64,000 nt of DNA, taken from contig CAVUZH010000022.1 in assembly GCA_963745835.1 (NCBI GenBank), positions 224,001-288,000 of the forward strand, read 5' to 3'. The notes under the pieces are model-generated. The model searched no databases, was not told the DNA's origin, and was given only the letters and a program-made list of their open reading frames with translations. Positions 31,601 to 40,977 of the stretch are shown in pieces. The stretch's first letter is position 1. Every line of letters begins with the position of its first letter. The DNA is from an uncultured delta proteobacterium. GTDB lineage: Bacteria > Desulfobacterota > Binatia > UBA9968. A program made the translations under genes and the position numbers.

Positions 31601-34600
31601 GAGTGCCGCGCGGGTTTGTGGGATCGATGACGTGGTGCTGCGACTCCAGGAGCATAACAATTTGGTTTCGCGGGCCCATTTTGGTTCCATACCCCTACAC
31701 GCACCGCGTCGAAATCAGTATTGATGAGCCACATTATCGCTGGGTGCGCGAGCATGGCACGCTCCATGTTCCCGACGTTCGCGCGCGCAGAATGATTTTC
31801 CAACGTTCGGTGCCGTCGGAGGCTTCCGTACCTTCTTGGCCGCTCCCCTTCGTCAGCAGGGGCAACTCATTGGAACGCTGAACGCACGTCGCATCGAGGT
31901 GCGCCCCTTCACCCCGGCGCAGATCAAACTTCTCGAAACCTTCGCCGATCAGGCGGTCATCGCAATCGAGAACGTACGGCTGTTCCAAGAACTAAAGGAG
32001 TCGCTGGAGCAGCAAACGGCTACCAGTGAAATCTTGAGCGTCATCGCCAGCTCACCGACTGACATCCAACCAGTCTTCGATACGATCCTGGCGGCCGCGG
32101 CACGACTTTGCGGAGTGCCCGACGGCGCGATTTCACTCATCGAAGATGATCTCTATCGGACCGTCGCTAGTTGTGGTTCCGGGCCGACGCGCTGGTCGGT
32201 GGGCCAAACCCATCCCATCAATCGAGGCTCCGTGACTGGTCGTGCCATCGTTGACCGTCAGTCGATACATATCCATGACATTCAAGAAGTCTCTGACGAT
32301 TTCTGGCAAGCTCAAAATGCGGTACGCGCTGGTCTACGGACTATGCTCGCCATCCCGTTATTGCGCGAGGGCATTCCCATTGGCGTGATTGGTATTCGCC
32401 GCAGCGAAGTTCAGCTCTTTACTGACAAGCAAATCGCTCTGCTCAAAACCTTCGCCGATCAAGCCGTCATCGCCATCGAGAACGTCCGACTGTTCCAAGA
32501 ACTGACGGAAGCGCTCGAGCAGCAGACGGCAACGAGTGAAATCTTGGGGGTTATTGCCAGCTCGCCAACTGACATTCAGCCGGTACTGGACACGATTGCC
32601 AAAAGTGCTGCTCAAGTGTGTAGTGCCGATGATGCAGTAATTCGGCTTGTTCAGGATGACGGACTGCAACTGGCGGCACATTACGGCTCAATCTGTGTTG
32701 AAGTCCCGATACGACCAATCGACCGCAATTCGGCTGTTGGGCGTGCAGTCTCCGACCGCGCCGTAATTCACATTGAGGATTTGCTTGCCGTCATCGAAAA
32801 AGAGTTTCCTGCTACTGTCGCGACCTCAGATGGCCTTGGCCTCCGCACTCTGCTCGCCGTTCCCCTAATGCGCGAGAACCAGCCGATCGGTGTCATCGTC
32901 ATTCGTCGCACAGTAGTCCAACCGTTCTCGGAAAAACAGATTTCGCTTCTTAAAACCTTCGCCGACCAAGCCGTGATCGCCATCGAAAACGTACGCCTGT
33001 TTCAAGGAGATCCAGGAGCGCAACGCAGAATTGCGCGAGGCCCTGGAACATCAGACCGCGACGGCCGAGGTGCTCGGTATCATCAGCCGCTCGCCCACTG
33101 ATGTGCAGCCGGTTCTTGATGCCATCGTCGAGAGCGCGGCCCGCGTTTGTGGGATTGATGATTTAGTGCTGCACCTTCACGAGGAAAACAGTCTGGTCTC
33201 GCGGGCTCATTTTGGTTCCATTCCCGTACCCATCGGCCGCGCCGAGATCAGTATGGATGATTTGCAATATCGCTGGATGCGCGAGCACGGCACGCTTCAC
33301 ATTCCCGACGCCAGCAAGTGGAACCATTTCCAGGTCAGTAAATATCAGCGGCTGGCGCAGCTTCTTGGCCGTTCCTCTACGTCAGCAAGGTGAACTCATT
33401 GGTGGAATGACTGCGCGTCGCATCGAAGCACGCCCCTTCACCCCGGCTCAAATAAAGTTACTTGAAACTTTCGCTGACCAGGCCGTGATCGCCATCGAGA
33501 ACGTCCGGTTGTTTCAAGAATTGAAAGAATCCTTGGAGCAGCAAACTGCGACCAGCGAAATCTTGGGAGTCATTGCTAGGTCACCAACGGATATCCAGCC
33601 AGTGTTGGATACCATTGCCGAAAATGCGGCTCGGCTCTGCGGTGCAACGATGCAGTAATCCGCCTTATTGAGGCGAACGTGCTTCGATTGGCAGCGCATT
33701 AGGTCCGGTGGGACATGAGCTACGGAACGACCATTGACCGTCATTCGCCGGGTGGCCGGGCGGTGTTAGACCGGAAACTTGTCCATATAGAGGATATGGA
33801 GCTCTGACCTAGAGAAGGAATTTCCTGAGGTTTACGAGACCAATTTACGTGTTGGTGCTCGACGTATGTTAGCCATGCCACTGATGCGCGAAGGTGTTGC
33901 CATAGGCGCGATTCATATCCGCCGCACGGAGCTCGCGACCGTTCACAGACAGACAGATCAAACTGCTTGAGACTTTCGCTGACCAAGCGGTCATCGCCAT
34001 CGAGAACGTGCGTCTGTTCCAAGAACTGGAGGAACGAACCGACGAGTTGGCGCGATCGGTAGGGGAATTGAAAGCTTTAGGCGAAGTCGGCCAAGCGGTG
34101 AGCTCTACTCTGGATCTCGAGACCGTGCTCCGCACGATCGTTCGCCACGCGGTCCAGCTTTCGCGGAACCGATTGCGGAGTCATTTACGAATACGATGAG
34201 CCGAGGCAAGAGTTTCACCTGAGGCCAGCCACCGAATGGAAGAAGGAGCTGGTCGATGCGCTTCGCGCAACGCCGCTCCGTTTGGGCGAGGGCGCTACTG
34301 GGCGAGCGGCAGCAAACGCGAGACCGGTCCAAGTCACCGATCATCCTCGAAGAGCAGGAACTATGCTACCGCGCGATGCGCCCCATGCTTGACCCGGCTT
34401 GGCTATCGTTCGCTCCTTGCGGTGCCGCTGCTCCGCGAGCAGACAAATTATGGGGGCCTTGACGTTTATCGGCGCGCAGACCGGGAACTTTCACACCGGA
34501 AGTCGTCAAGCTTCTTGCAGACCTTCGCAACCCAATCAGTGTTGGCGATACAAAACGCTCGGCTGTTCCGTGAGATCGAGGACAAGAGCCGGCAAATCGA

Positions 34601-35303
34601 AGCCGCCAACCGGCACAAGTCCGAATTCTTGGCCAACATGTCGCATGAGCTGCGCACGCCGCTCAATGCCATCATCGGCTTCTCTGAAGTCCTGGGCGAG
34701 AAGCTATTCGGCGAGCTCAATGAAAAACAAGCGGAGTACACAGAAGACATCCTTTCCTCTGGCCGCCATCTTTTGTCTCTCATCAATGAGATTCTCGATC
34801 TCTCCAAGGTCGAAGCCGGCCGGATGGAGCTGGAGCTGGCCACGTTCGATCTCCCCTTAGCGATAGACAACGCACGCACCTTTGTGCGCGAGCGCGCCAC
34901 GAAGCACGGCATTCACCTCGACGTTGCAGTGGATGAGCGACTGGGCGACTTCCTCGGTGATGAGCGCAAGATCAAGCAGATTCTGCTCAATCTTCTGTCC
35001 AATGCAGTGAAGTTCACCCCGGAGGGAGGACGGATCGGAATCAACGCTATACAGAGTAACGGAGCTGTGGAAATCTCAGTCACCGACACCGGCATCGGCA
35101 TCGCACCCGAGGACCAGCCCAGGATATTCGAGGAATTTCGCCAGGTAGGAGGCGACTATGTTCACAAAAAGGAAGGAACTGGACTTGGGTTAACCTTGGC
35201 GAAGAAATTTGTCGAGCTGCATGGCGGGAAGATTTGGGTGGAGAGTGAAGCGGGGAAAGGGTCGACGTTTATTTTTACGCTACCGATTACCGCGATCGCG
35301 TAG
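28625..35303 (+). pseudogene. giant soluble multi-GAF sensor histidine kinase (11 GAF + HisKA + HATPase), many frameshifts in this sequence
   Basis: 10x TFADQAV(I/V)AIENVRLF plus 1x [16 protein letters not shown] with EQQTAT linkers; [36 protein letters not shown]. Confidence 0.9.
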
Positions 35304-35369
35304 GTTCACGAATACAGGGGCTCAGGTTCCGATTGTCATCTCTCTGGCGCCACATTATTTCACCAGTGG

Positions 35370-35437
35370 GATTGAACTGAATTCTCCTTCAACGCAACCT
35401 CGCGTGGCATCGCATTGAGGCGTCGTTCAGTTCAACC
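35370..35437. repeat. 68-bp palindromic element, copy A
   Basis: GATTGAACTGA...TCAGTTCAACC. Confidence 0.7.
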
Positions 35438-35566
35438 GTGTATTGCCTCCGAAGAAGCGCAAGCTTATTGGGCTTTGTTCTCGGCATTTCTCGCAAATAG
35501 TCTATTGACGACGAACCGAATTGCTAATAGTGCTAATATAAACTTGACTTGATTTAGGAGGCAATT

Positions 35567-35851
35567 ATGAGCAGGCTTGCTTTGGCAGGAATGGTCGTAG
35601 TTTTGTTACTTGGTTCATCCGTCATAACAAGTTGTACGCTGTTTAGAAAGGATACCGACGTCACCATCGCTCAGGTGCCGCCCCCGGTTAGAAAAGCGAT
35701 TGAAAAAGAAACGGCGGGTGGCACCATCAAATCAATAGAGAAAATAGAATCTGGCGGCAAAGTTACTTATGAAGTTGAGTATATGAGGGACGGCAGAGAG
35801 ATTGAAGTCTACTTCACAGAAGACGGCCGACCGGTAAAGGGTGTGCAATAG
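35567..35851 (+). CDS. PepSY-like secreted protein or lipoprotein
   Basis: signal peptide with Cys; VPPPVRKAIEKE..GG.IK.IEK....YEVEY..DG.E.EV.F.EDG. Confidence 0.75.
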   Translation: MSRLALAGMVVVLLLGSSVITSCTLFRKDTDVTIAQVPPPVRKAIEKETAGGTIKSIEKIESGGKVTYEVEYMRDGREIEVYFTEDGRPVKGVQ

Positions 35852-35891
35852 ATAACGAGCTGGGAGCAGGAAAACGAGGCAGCCATGCCAG

Positions 35892-35958
35892 GGTTGAACT
35901 GATTTCTCCATCAATCCAATCTTCCCAGCAATCGAATTGAAGCGTCGTCAGTTCAATC
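35892..35958. repeat. 67-bp palindromic element, copy B
   Basis: GGTTGAACTGA...TCAGTTCAATC; internal sequence alignable to copy A. Confidence 0.7.
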
Positions 35959-36166
35959 ACAGGTCAGTTTCAAGCTTAACTCATGCCTATCGACGAATTC
36001 GGCGCGTGGGACTCAGCTAAACGTTTGCGTAAGCGGACGATATTGCGCCGGTGAACTGAGACAGCCTTGCTTCACCTTCGGTTTTCGAGCTGTCGCTGAC
36101 ACCGGACCTCCCGAACAACACAGAGGCTCACAAAGAGATGAGGCTCCCGAATGGGAGAACGATCCT

Positions 36167-36694
36167 TCAGCCGACGAACAGCGTATACTGCGCGCCATTT
36201 AAATTGGCGAGGGGCTTGGGAAACAGCAAGCGACGATCGGGCGCCAGCACTCGTTGGGCGATCTCCCAGTTGACCGGCGGCAACGGATTCAAGCCGCGAA
36301 TCTGCTCCAAGGTGAAATAGCCGGCGTGATCGACTTCGTGGTTGTCGGCGGTGGGTTCGCCGCTCACCGGCCGCAGCAAGAGGATGATGTATACGCCGTT
36401 TCCAGAGTCCGGATCATAGCGGCTCCGCAAGCCCAATACGGCTTCGACTTCGGCCTCAACTCCCGCCTCTTCCTGCACCTCCCGAACAACCGCCTGTTCG
36501 ATGGTTTCATCGGGTTCGATGAAGCCGCCGGGCAATTGCCAGTTGCCGCGGCCATGACGCGAAGCGCGTCGCACCAGCAACAGCTCGCCGTCACGCACCA
36601 CCGCGCCGCCGACACCGATGTTGTAGCCCAGATTATAGCGTTCAGGGATGGGCATCACGACTCCAGATGAAACAAACGGACGGCGTTTTTCCAC
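36167..36694 (-). CDS. NUDIX hydrolase
   Basis: Nudix box GGFIEPDETIEQAVVREVQEEAG; true start may be near 36655. Confidence 0.9.
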   Translation of the reverse strand: MEKRRPFVSSGVVMPIPERYNLGYNIGVGGAVVRDGELLLVRRASRHGRGNWQLPGGFIEPDETIEQAVVREVQEEAGVEAEVEAVLGLRSRYDPDSGNGVYIILLLRPVSGEPTADNHEVDHAGYFTLEQIRGLNPLPPVNWEIAQRVLAPDRRLLFPKPLANLNGAQYTLFVG

Positions 36695-37842
36695 CGTATC
36701 AGTTCTTTTTCTTCTTCTGAGATGTCCGGATGTGTTCTAAGCAGTTCGACGTCTTGGAATTTCATCCTTCCGCCGGGATCGTCGTGGGGATAATCAGTGG
36801 CGAACAGGAATCGTTCAGCGCCAAGGAATTGAATGGCTTCGGCAAGCTCCGGCTCTTCCGTCTCAATGGTGAAGGAAAAGTTATTTTTAAAATAATGGCT
36901 CGCCGGCTGTTTATTTTTTTCAAGGAACTCGCTTGCAGGCAGAATGGCGCGCGCCCGACGCAGCTTCTCGCCTGTCTTGGACAAATTGCCGTTGCCCAGC
37001 GGCGCTTCTTCCTGATCGTCATAATCCACCGGCGGCGCCTCTAGAATTTTATCGAGACGCTGGACCAGTGGTTTGATAAACGCGGTGCCCGCTTCGGTGT
37101 AAATAAACTGCAGCTTGGGGCAAGCGTCCAATAAACCACTGGTGAACAATGAAACCAAGCTCATGTGCCCTTCTTGCGGCGCGAAGACGTAAAGCCCGTC
37201 TCTCTGGAACGGCAGCAAGTTACTGAGGCGATGGCCATGCTGAACGTTGTGCAGGTAGAGCGGCATGTCCAGCTCCTCGGCTTTTCGGAAGAACGGCCAG
37301 AGCTCGCGCCGGCTGCCGAGAGGCTCGCCGTAAGGATGATCTTTGACGGGAAAAATCTTATCGACCACAGCGCTCGCAAAGCCGCGTTCCTTGGCCCATT
37401 CCAGCTCGCGAATCGATCCGGCAACGTCCTGCAGCGCCACCAGCGCGACACCGAGAATCCTGCCGGGATACTTCTCCATGATCCGCAGCATCGACTCGTT
37501 GTGCGAACGGGCCATCCGCCCGGCCAGTTCGGGTTCTATCACGTAGGACCACCAGCCGGAAAATTGCGGCAGTACGAAGTGCCTTTCGATCCCGAGACGC
37601 TCATCGTAATCGCTCATGCGCGCTTCCACATCCCACAAGCTTCTGAACATGGCGCCGGAACCGGGTGCGCCGAGCGGGCTGGTCCCGGGCACTTGAGGCG
37701 CATTGCCGGGAAACTCGACATCGGCGTACAGGCCGTTGTCGGCGAATTTTAATATCGGCTTGCGCGAGCCGAAGCGGCCGCCAACACTGTCAAAAGCGTC
37801 CTTGGGCATCAGATGACTATCGCAATCGATTATCACTCTCAC
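36655..37842 (-). CDS. amidohydrolase family 2 protein
   Basis: IIDCDSH, PLYLH, FATDYPHDD. Confidence 0.88.
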   Translation of the reverse strand: MRVIIDCDSHLMPKDAFDSVGGRFGSRKPILKFADNGLYADVEFPGNAPQVPGTSPLGAPGSGAMFRSLWDVEARMSDYDERLGIERHFVLPQFSGWWSYVIEPELAGRMARSHNESMLRIMEKYPGRILGVALVALQDVAGSIRELEWAKERGFASAVVDKIFPVKDHPYGEPLGSRRELWPFFRKAEELDMPLYLHNVQHGHRLSNLLPFQRDGLYVFAPQEGHMSLVSLFTSGLLDACPKLQFIYTEAGTAFIKPLVQRLDKILEAPPVDYDDQEEAPLGNGNLSKTGEKLRRARAILPASEFLEKNKQPASHYFKNNFSFTIETEEPELAEAIQFLGAERFLFATDYPHDDPGGRMKFQDVELLRTHPDISEEEKELIRWKNAVRLFHLES

Positions 37843-38172
37843 TCCTCATTACTAGAGAATTAGTTTCTTATAGGGCCCGCAGGATAATGAAGTCAAGGAA
37901 GGCGCAATGAAGGGCAAATTACCAACAGCTGCGAACAGCATCAAACAGATTGCTGAATGAAAGGAGTAAAACCGAAAATGCTGATCAGGGTCATGATCGA
38001 CGAACCTGAGAAAGAGACCGAGACTCTCATGCTATTTCCGACCGGCATTTGTCGCGCCGGTCGTTTAGTTGGATCTGTATAAGAGCATTCCTTGCGTATT
38101 GCAAAGCAAATCAATAAGTTTACGATCCGATTACTTAGAACCCGTGATCAAAACACCATTGGAGGAAAACTC

Positions 38173-39222
38173 ATGAAGTGTCGCAGTGTGGTGATTATAA
38201 CCTTTGTTCTCGCCTCTCTGTTACTGCTCACCGGACCGCAGTCGGGTTCGGCGCAGGAGCCGTATTACAAAGGCAAACAAATACGCATTATCGTCGGACT
38301 GAGCAGCGGCGGCGGGTACGACCGCGCGGCGCGCATGCTCGCTCGCTTCATCGGCAAGTACATACCGGGCAACCCGGAGGTGCTGGTGCAAAACATGCCG
38401 GGCGCAAGCTCCGTCACCGCCTCGAATTATGTCTGGGGCGTGGCCAAGCCGGACGGCCTGACATTGCTGGCGCCGCACAATAACGTTTACTTGAGCCAGC
38501 TCTCGGGACAGAAAGAGGTTCAGTTCGATCTGGCGAAATTCCAATGGATCGGCTCTCTCGAAAACGACGACATGATGCTGTTCGCGCGCGCCGACGCGTC
38601 CTATAAATCGATAGCCGACATCATCAAAGCCAAAGAACAACCGAAGTGCGGCTCAACCGGTGTGGGCAGCTCGGACTATGTGATGTCCAAGGTGCTGGAG
38701 GACACCATCGGCGCCAAGGTAACTCATGTTACCGGCTACCCCGGCAGCAGCGAAATTGCGATAGCCCTGGAAAGAGGCGAAGTTTCCTGTATGGGATTGA
38801 CCATCGCTACCTATTTCGGCCGCGAGCCATTTGGCACCTGGTACAAGGACAAGTATGTCAGATTCCTTGCCCAGAGCGGTCGTAAACGCGACAGCCGAAT
38901 TGCCGATGCGCCGACTGTCTACGAGCTGATGGATGAATACAAAACCCCGGCAACCAAGCGCCGAGTGGCCGAGGCGATGCTCCAGGGAGGCGAATGGGCG
39001 CGACCGTTGATGGCTCCTCCAGCAACGCCCGCGGACCGTGTCGCCATTTTGCGCGCCGCTCATGAAAAGGCCGCCAAAGATCCGGACCTGCTCGCCGAGG
39101 CGAAAAAACTGCGCATCGAAATCACGCATTTGCGCGGCGAACACCTGCAATCAACAGCGAAAGAAGTCATGACCCAGCCGCCCGAGGTGGTCGAACAAAT
39201 AAAGAAGCTCTTCGTGCAGTAA
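38173..39222 (+). CDS. tripartite tricarboxylate transporter (TctC/Bug-like) substrate-binding protein
   Basis: YYKGKQIRIIVG..GGGYD, QNMPGA, KPDGLT, GYPGS; GGAGG RBS. Confidence 0.88.
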   Translation: MKCRSVVIITFVLASLLLLTGPQSGSAQEPYYKGKQIRIIVGLSSGGGYDRAARMLARFIGKYIPGNPEVLVQNMPGASSVTASNYVWGVAKPDGLTLLAPHNNVYLSQLSGQKEVQFDLAKFQWIGSLENDDMMLFARADASYKSIADIIKAKEQPKCGSTGVGSSDYVMSKVLEDTIGAKVTHVTGYPGSSEIAIALERGEVSCMGLTIATYFGREPFGTWYKDKYVRFLAQSGRKRDSRIADAPTVYELMDEYKTPATKRRVAEAMLQGGEWARPLMAPPATPADRVAILRAAHEKAAKDPDLLAEAKKLRIEITHLRGEHLQSTAKEVMTQPPEVVEQIKKLFVQ

Positions 39223-39290
39223 AGAGCGAGCGACGCGCTCGCCTTTGTGCTCGATCCATTAAGCAACATTTCAGGAGTCATCGCCGACAC

Positions 39291-40463
39291 ATGCAACAGG
39301 TCGCGCCCGCAGAATCTAATCATCCCCAAGGATTTCTCTCTTTGGCAAAGAACGTCGGCATTAAAGACGATACGCTGGATCTCACTGTGATCTATTCCAC
39401 CGTCCGCGCTCGCGCCGCAGCGATGTTTACGCGCAATCGCTTCCCTGGCGCGCCGGTGATTGTCGGCAGAAAGCATGTTGCCACTGGCTTCGTCCAGGCG
39501 CTGGTGATCAACAGCAAGAACGCCAACGTCGCCATGGGGAAGCAGGGAGTCGCCAATGCAATCGAAACCTGCCGCATCGTCGGCAAAGAGCTCGGCATAA
39601 GTCCCTATGAGGTCCTGCCTTTTTCGACCGGGGTCATTGGGCGCCCCCTGCCCATGGACAAAATTCGCGCCGGATTGAAAGGCATTGGCAAAGAACTCAA
39701 GCCTAACAATCTCAAGTTGGCCGCTGAAGCGATCATGACTACCGATATGTATCCAAAGTACGTTTTCTGCCAGGTCGGTTCGGCAGTGATCGCCGGAATC
39801 GCCAAAGGCGCCGGCATGATCGAGCCGAATATGGCGACCATGCTCGTCTATCTTATGACCGACGCGGAGCTGCCGAGGTCGACGATGCGCCCCATGCTGC
39901 GCCGCATCGTCGACCGAACTTTCAATTGCATGAGCATCGATACCGATACCAGCACCAGCGATACAGTGGTGCTGATGGCAAACGGATTGGCCGGCAAAGT
40001 CAATTTGCGGCATTTTGAAGACGCCCTATCGCATGTTTGCGAATTTCTTACCCGGGAGATTGCCCGGAACGGTGAAGGCGCAACCAAACTTATCATTGTC
40101 GATGTCGCCGGCTCGAAGAGCGGCGCTCAAGCAAAATTAGTAGCGAAGTCCATCGTCAACTCGCCGTTGGTCAAAACGGCTGTCTATGGATGCGATCCCA
40201 ACTGGGGCCGTGTGATCATGGCGATTGGCAAAAGCTTTGACACTGCCATCGATCCTGCCAAAGTTACAATCCGCTTCGGCAACAGCAGGGTTTTCAAGAA
40301 AGGCTCCCCCGTGGATTGCGATCTCCAAGGATTGCGCGACTATCTTGGGCAATCCGAAGTGACGATCTCAGTCGAGCTTGGCCTCGGCAAAGCTTCAGCG
40401 CGTGTCTGGGGTTGCGATCTAACCGAGGGATACATCAAGGAAAACGCCTACTATACGACGTAA
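39291..40463 (+). CDS. argJ: bifunctional ornithine acetyltransferase / N-acetylglutamate synthase
   Basis: STGVIG, IMTTD, KGAGMIEPNMATML, GEGATK, SPLVKTA..DPNWGR. Confidence 0.95.
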   Translation: MQQVAPAESNHPQGFLSLAKNVGIKDDTLDLTVIYSTVRARAAAMFTRNRFPGAPVIVGRKHVATGFVQALVINSKNANVAMGKQGVANAIETCRIVGKELGISPYEVLPFSTGVIGRPLPMDKIRAGLKGIGKELKPNNLKLAAEAIMTTDMYPKYVFCQVGSAVIAGIAKGAGMIEPNMATMLVYLMTDAELPRSTMRPMLRRIVDRTFNCMSIDTDTSTSDTVVLMANGLAGKVNLRHFEDALSHVCEFLTREIARNGEGATKLIIVDVAGSKSGAQAKLVAKSIVNSPLVKTAVYGCDPNWGRVIMAIGKSFDTAIDPAKVTIRFGNSRVFKKGSPVDCDLQGLRDYLGQSEVTISVELGLGKASARVWGCDLTEGYIKENAYYTT

Positions 40464-40856
40464 AAGTTTTTACAACTCGTGTGCTGATCGAATGTGATGT
40501 ATTGCCCGGTTCGACTCCAACGACTCACGAGACGAGCTGCGCATTAGGCCCACGCACAGTCAGCTTCGTTCAACCCGAATTCGAGTTCAGGGTGACACAG
40601 CGATCAAAGGACGAACCCTCCGGAACGAACGCAATAGGTCTGTGACTGATAGTGGCCTGCAAGCTCCACTGCTTTAGCGGACGCTTGAAAGAATTGCCAG
40701 CCCAGGGCCAAGTACCATAGACGGTATCGAAATTGTTCGCTTCTGTGCCTTCGCTCCTCCACGCTCGCCCCTTGATCGCTCTGCACGTATCCATCTCTAC
40801 TGCGGAATCCGGGTTCAATAGATACCAATATCCTGACCTCATGCGAGAGAGATCAC

Positions 40857-40896
40857 CGAGCAGCAACGAAGCATATGGGTCTTTTTCAGTAGCCTG
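40857..40896. repeat. partial (right-end) copy of the 4057-4180 element
   Basis: CAACGAAGCATATGGGTCTTTTTCAGTAGCCTG vs CAACGAAGCATATGAGGCTTTTTCAGCAGCCTG. Confidence 0.7.
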
Positions 40897-40977
40897 CCAG
40901 AGTCTAGTTTCGCTCGATCACTTCTCCTTGCAGTGGTCACTTTCGCTGCGGCATCCTGGTTGATCGAGCCAAAGCGA

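Noticed and set aside
28573-35101. Numerous short ORFs on both strands inside the GAF region
   Set aside because: Frameshift fragments or antisense shadows of one kinase gene
39060-40013. 317-aa minus-strand ORF
   Set aside because: Antisense to argJ, with no recognisable motifs
40503-40525. GGTTCGACTCC resembling a tRNA T-loop
   Set aside because: No 5-bp T-stem or cloverleaf around it
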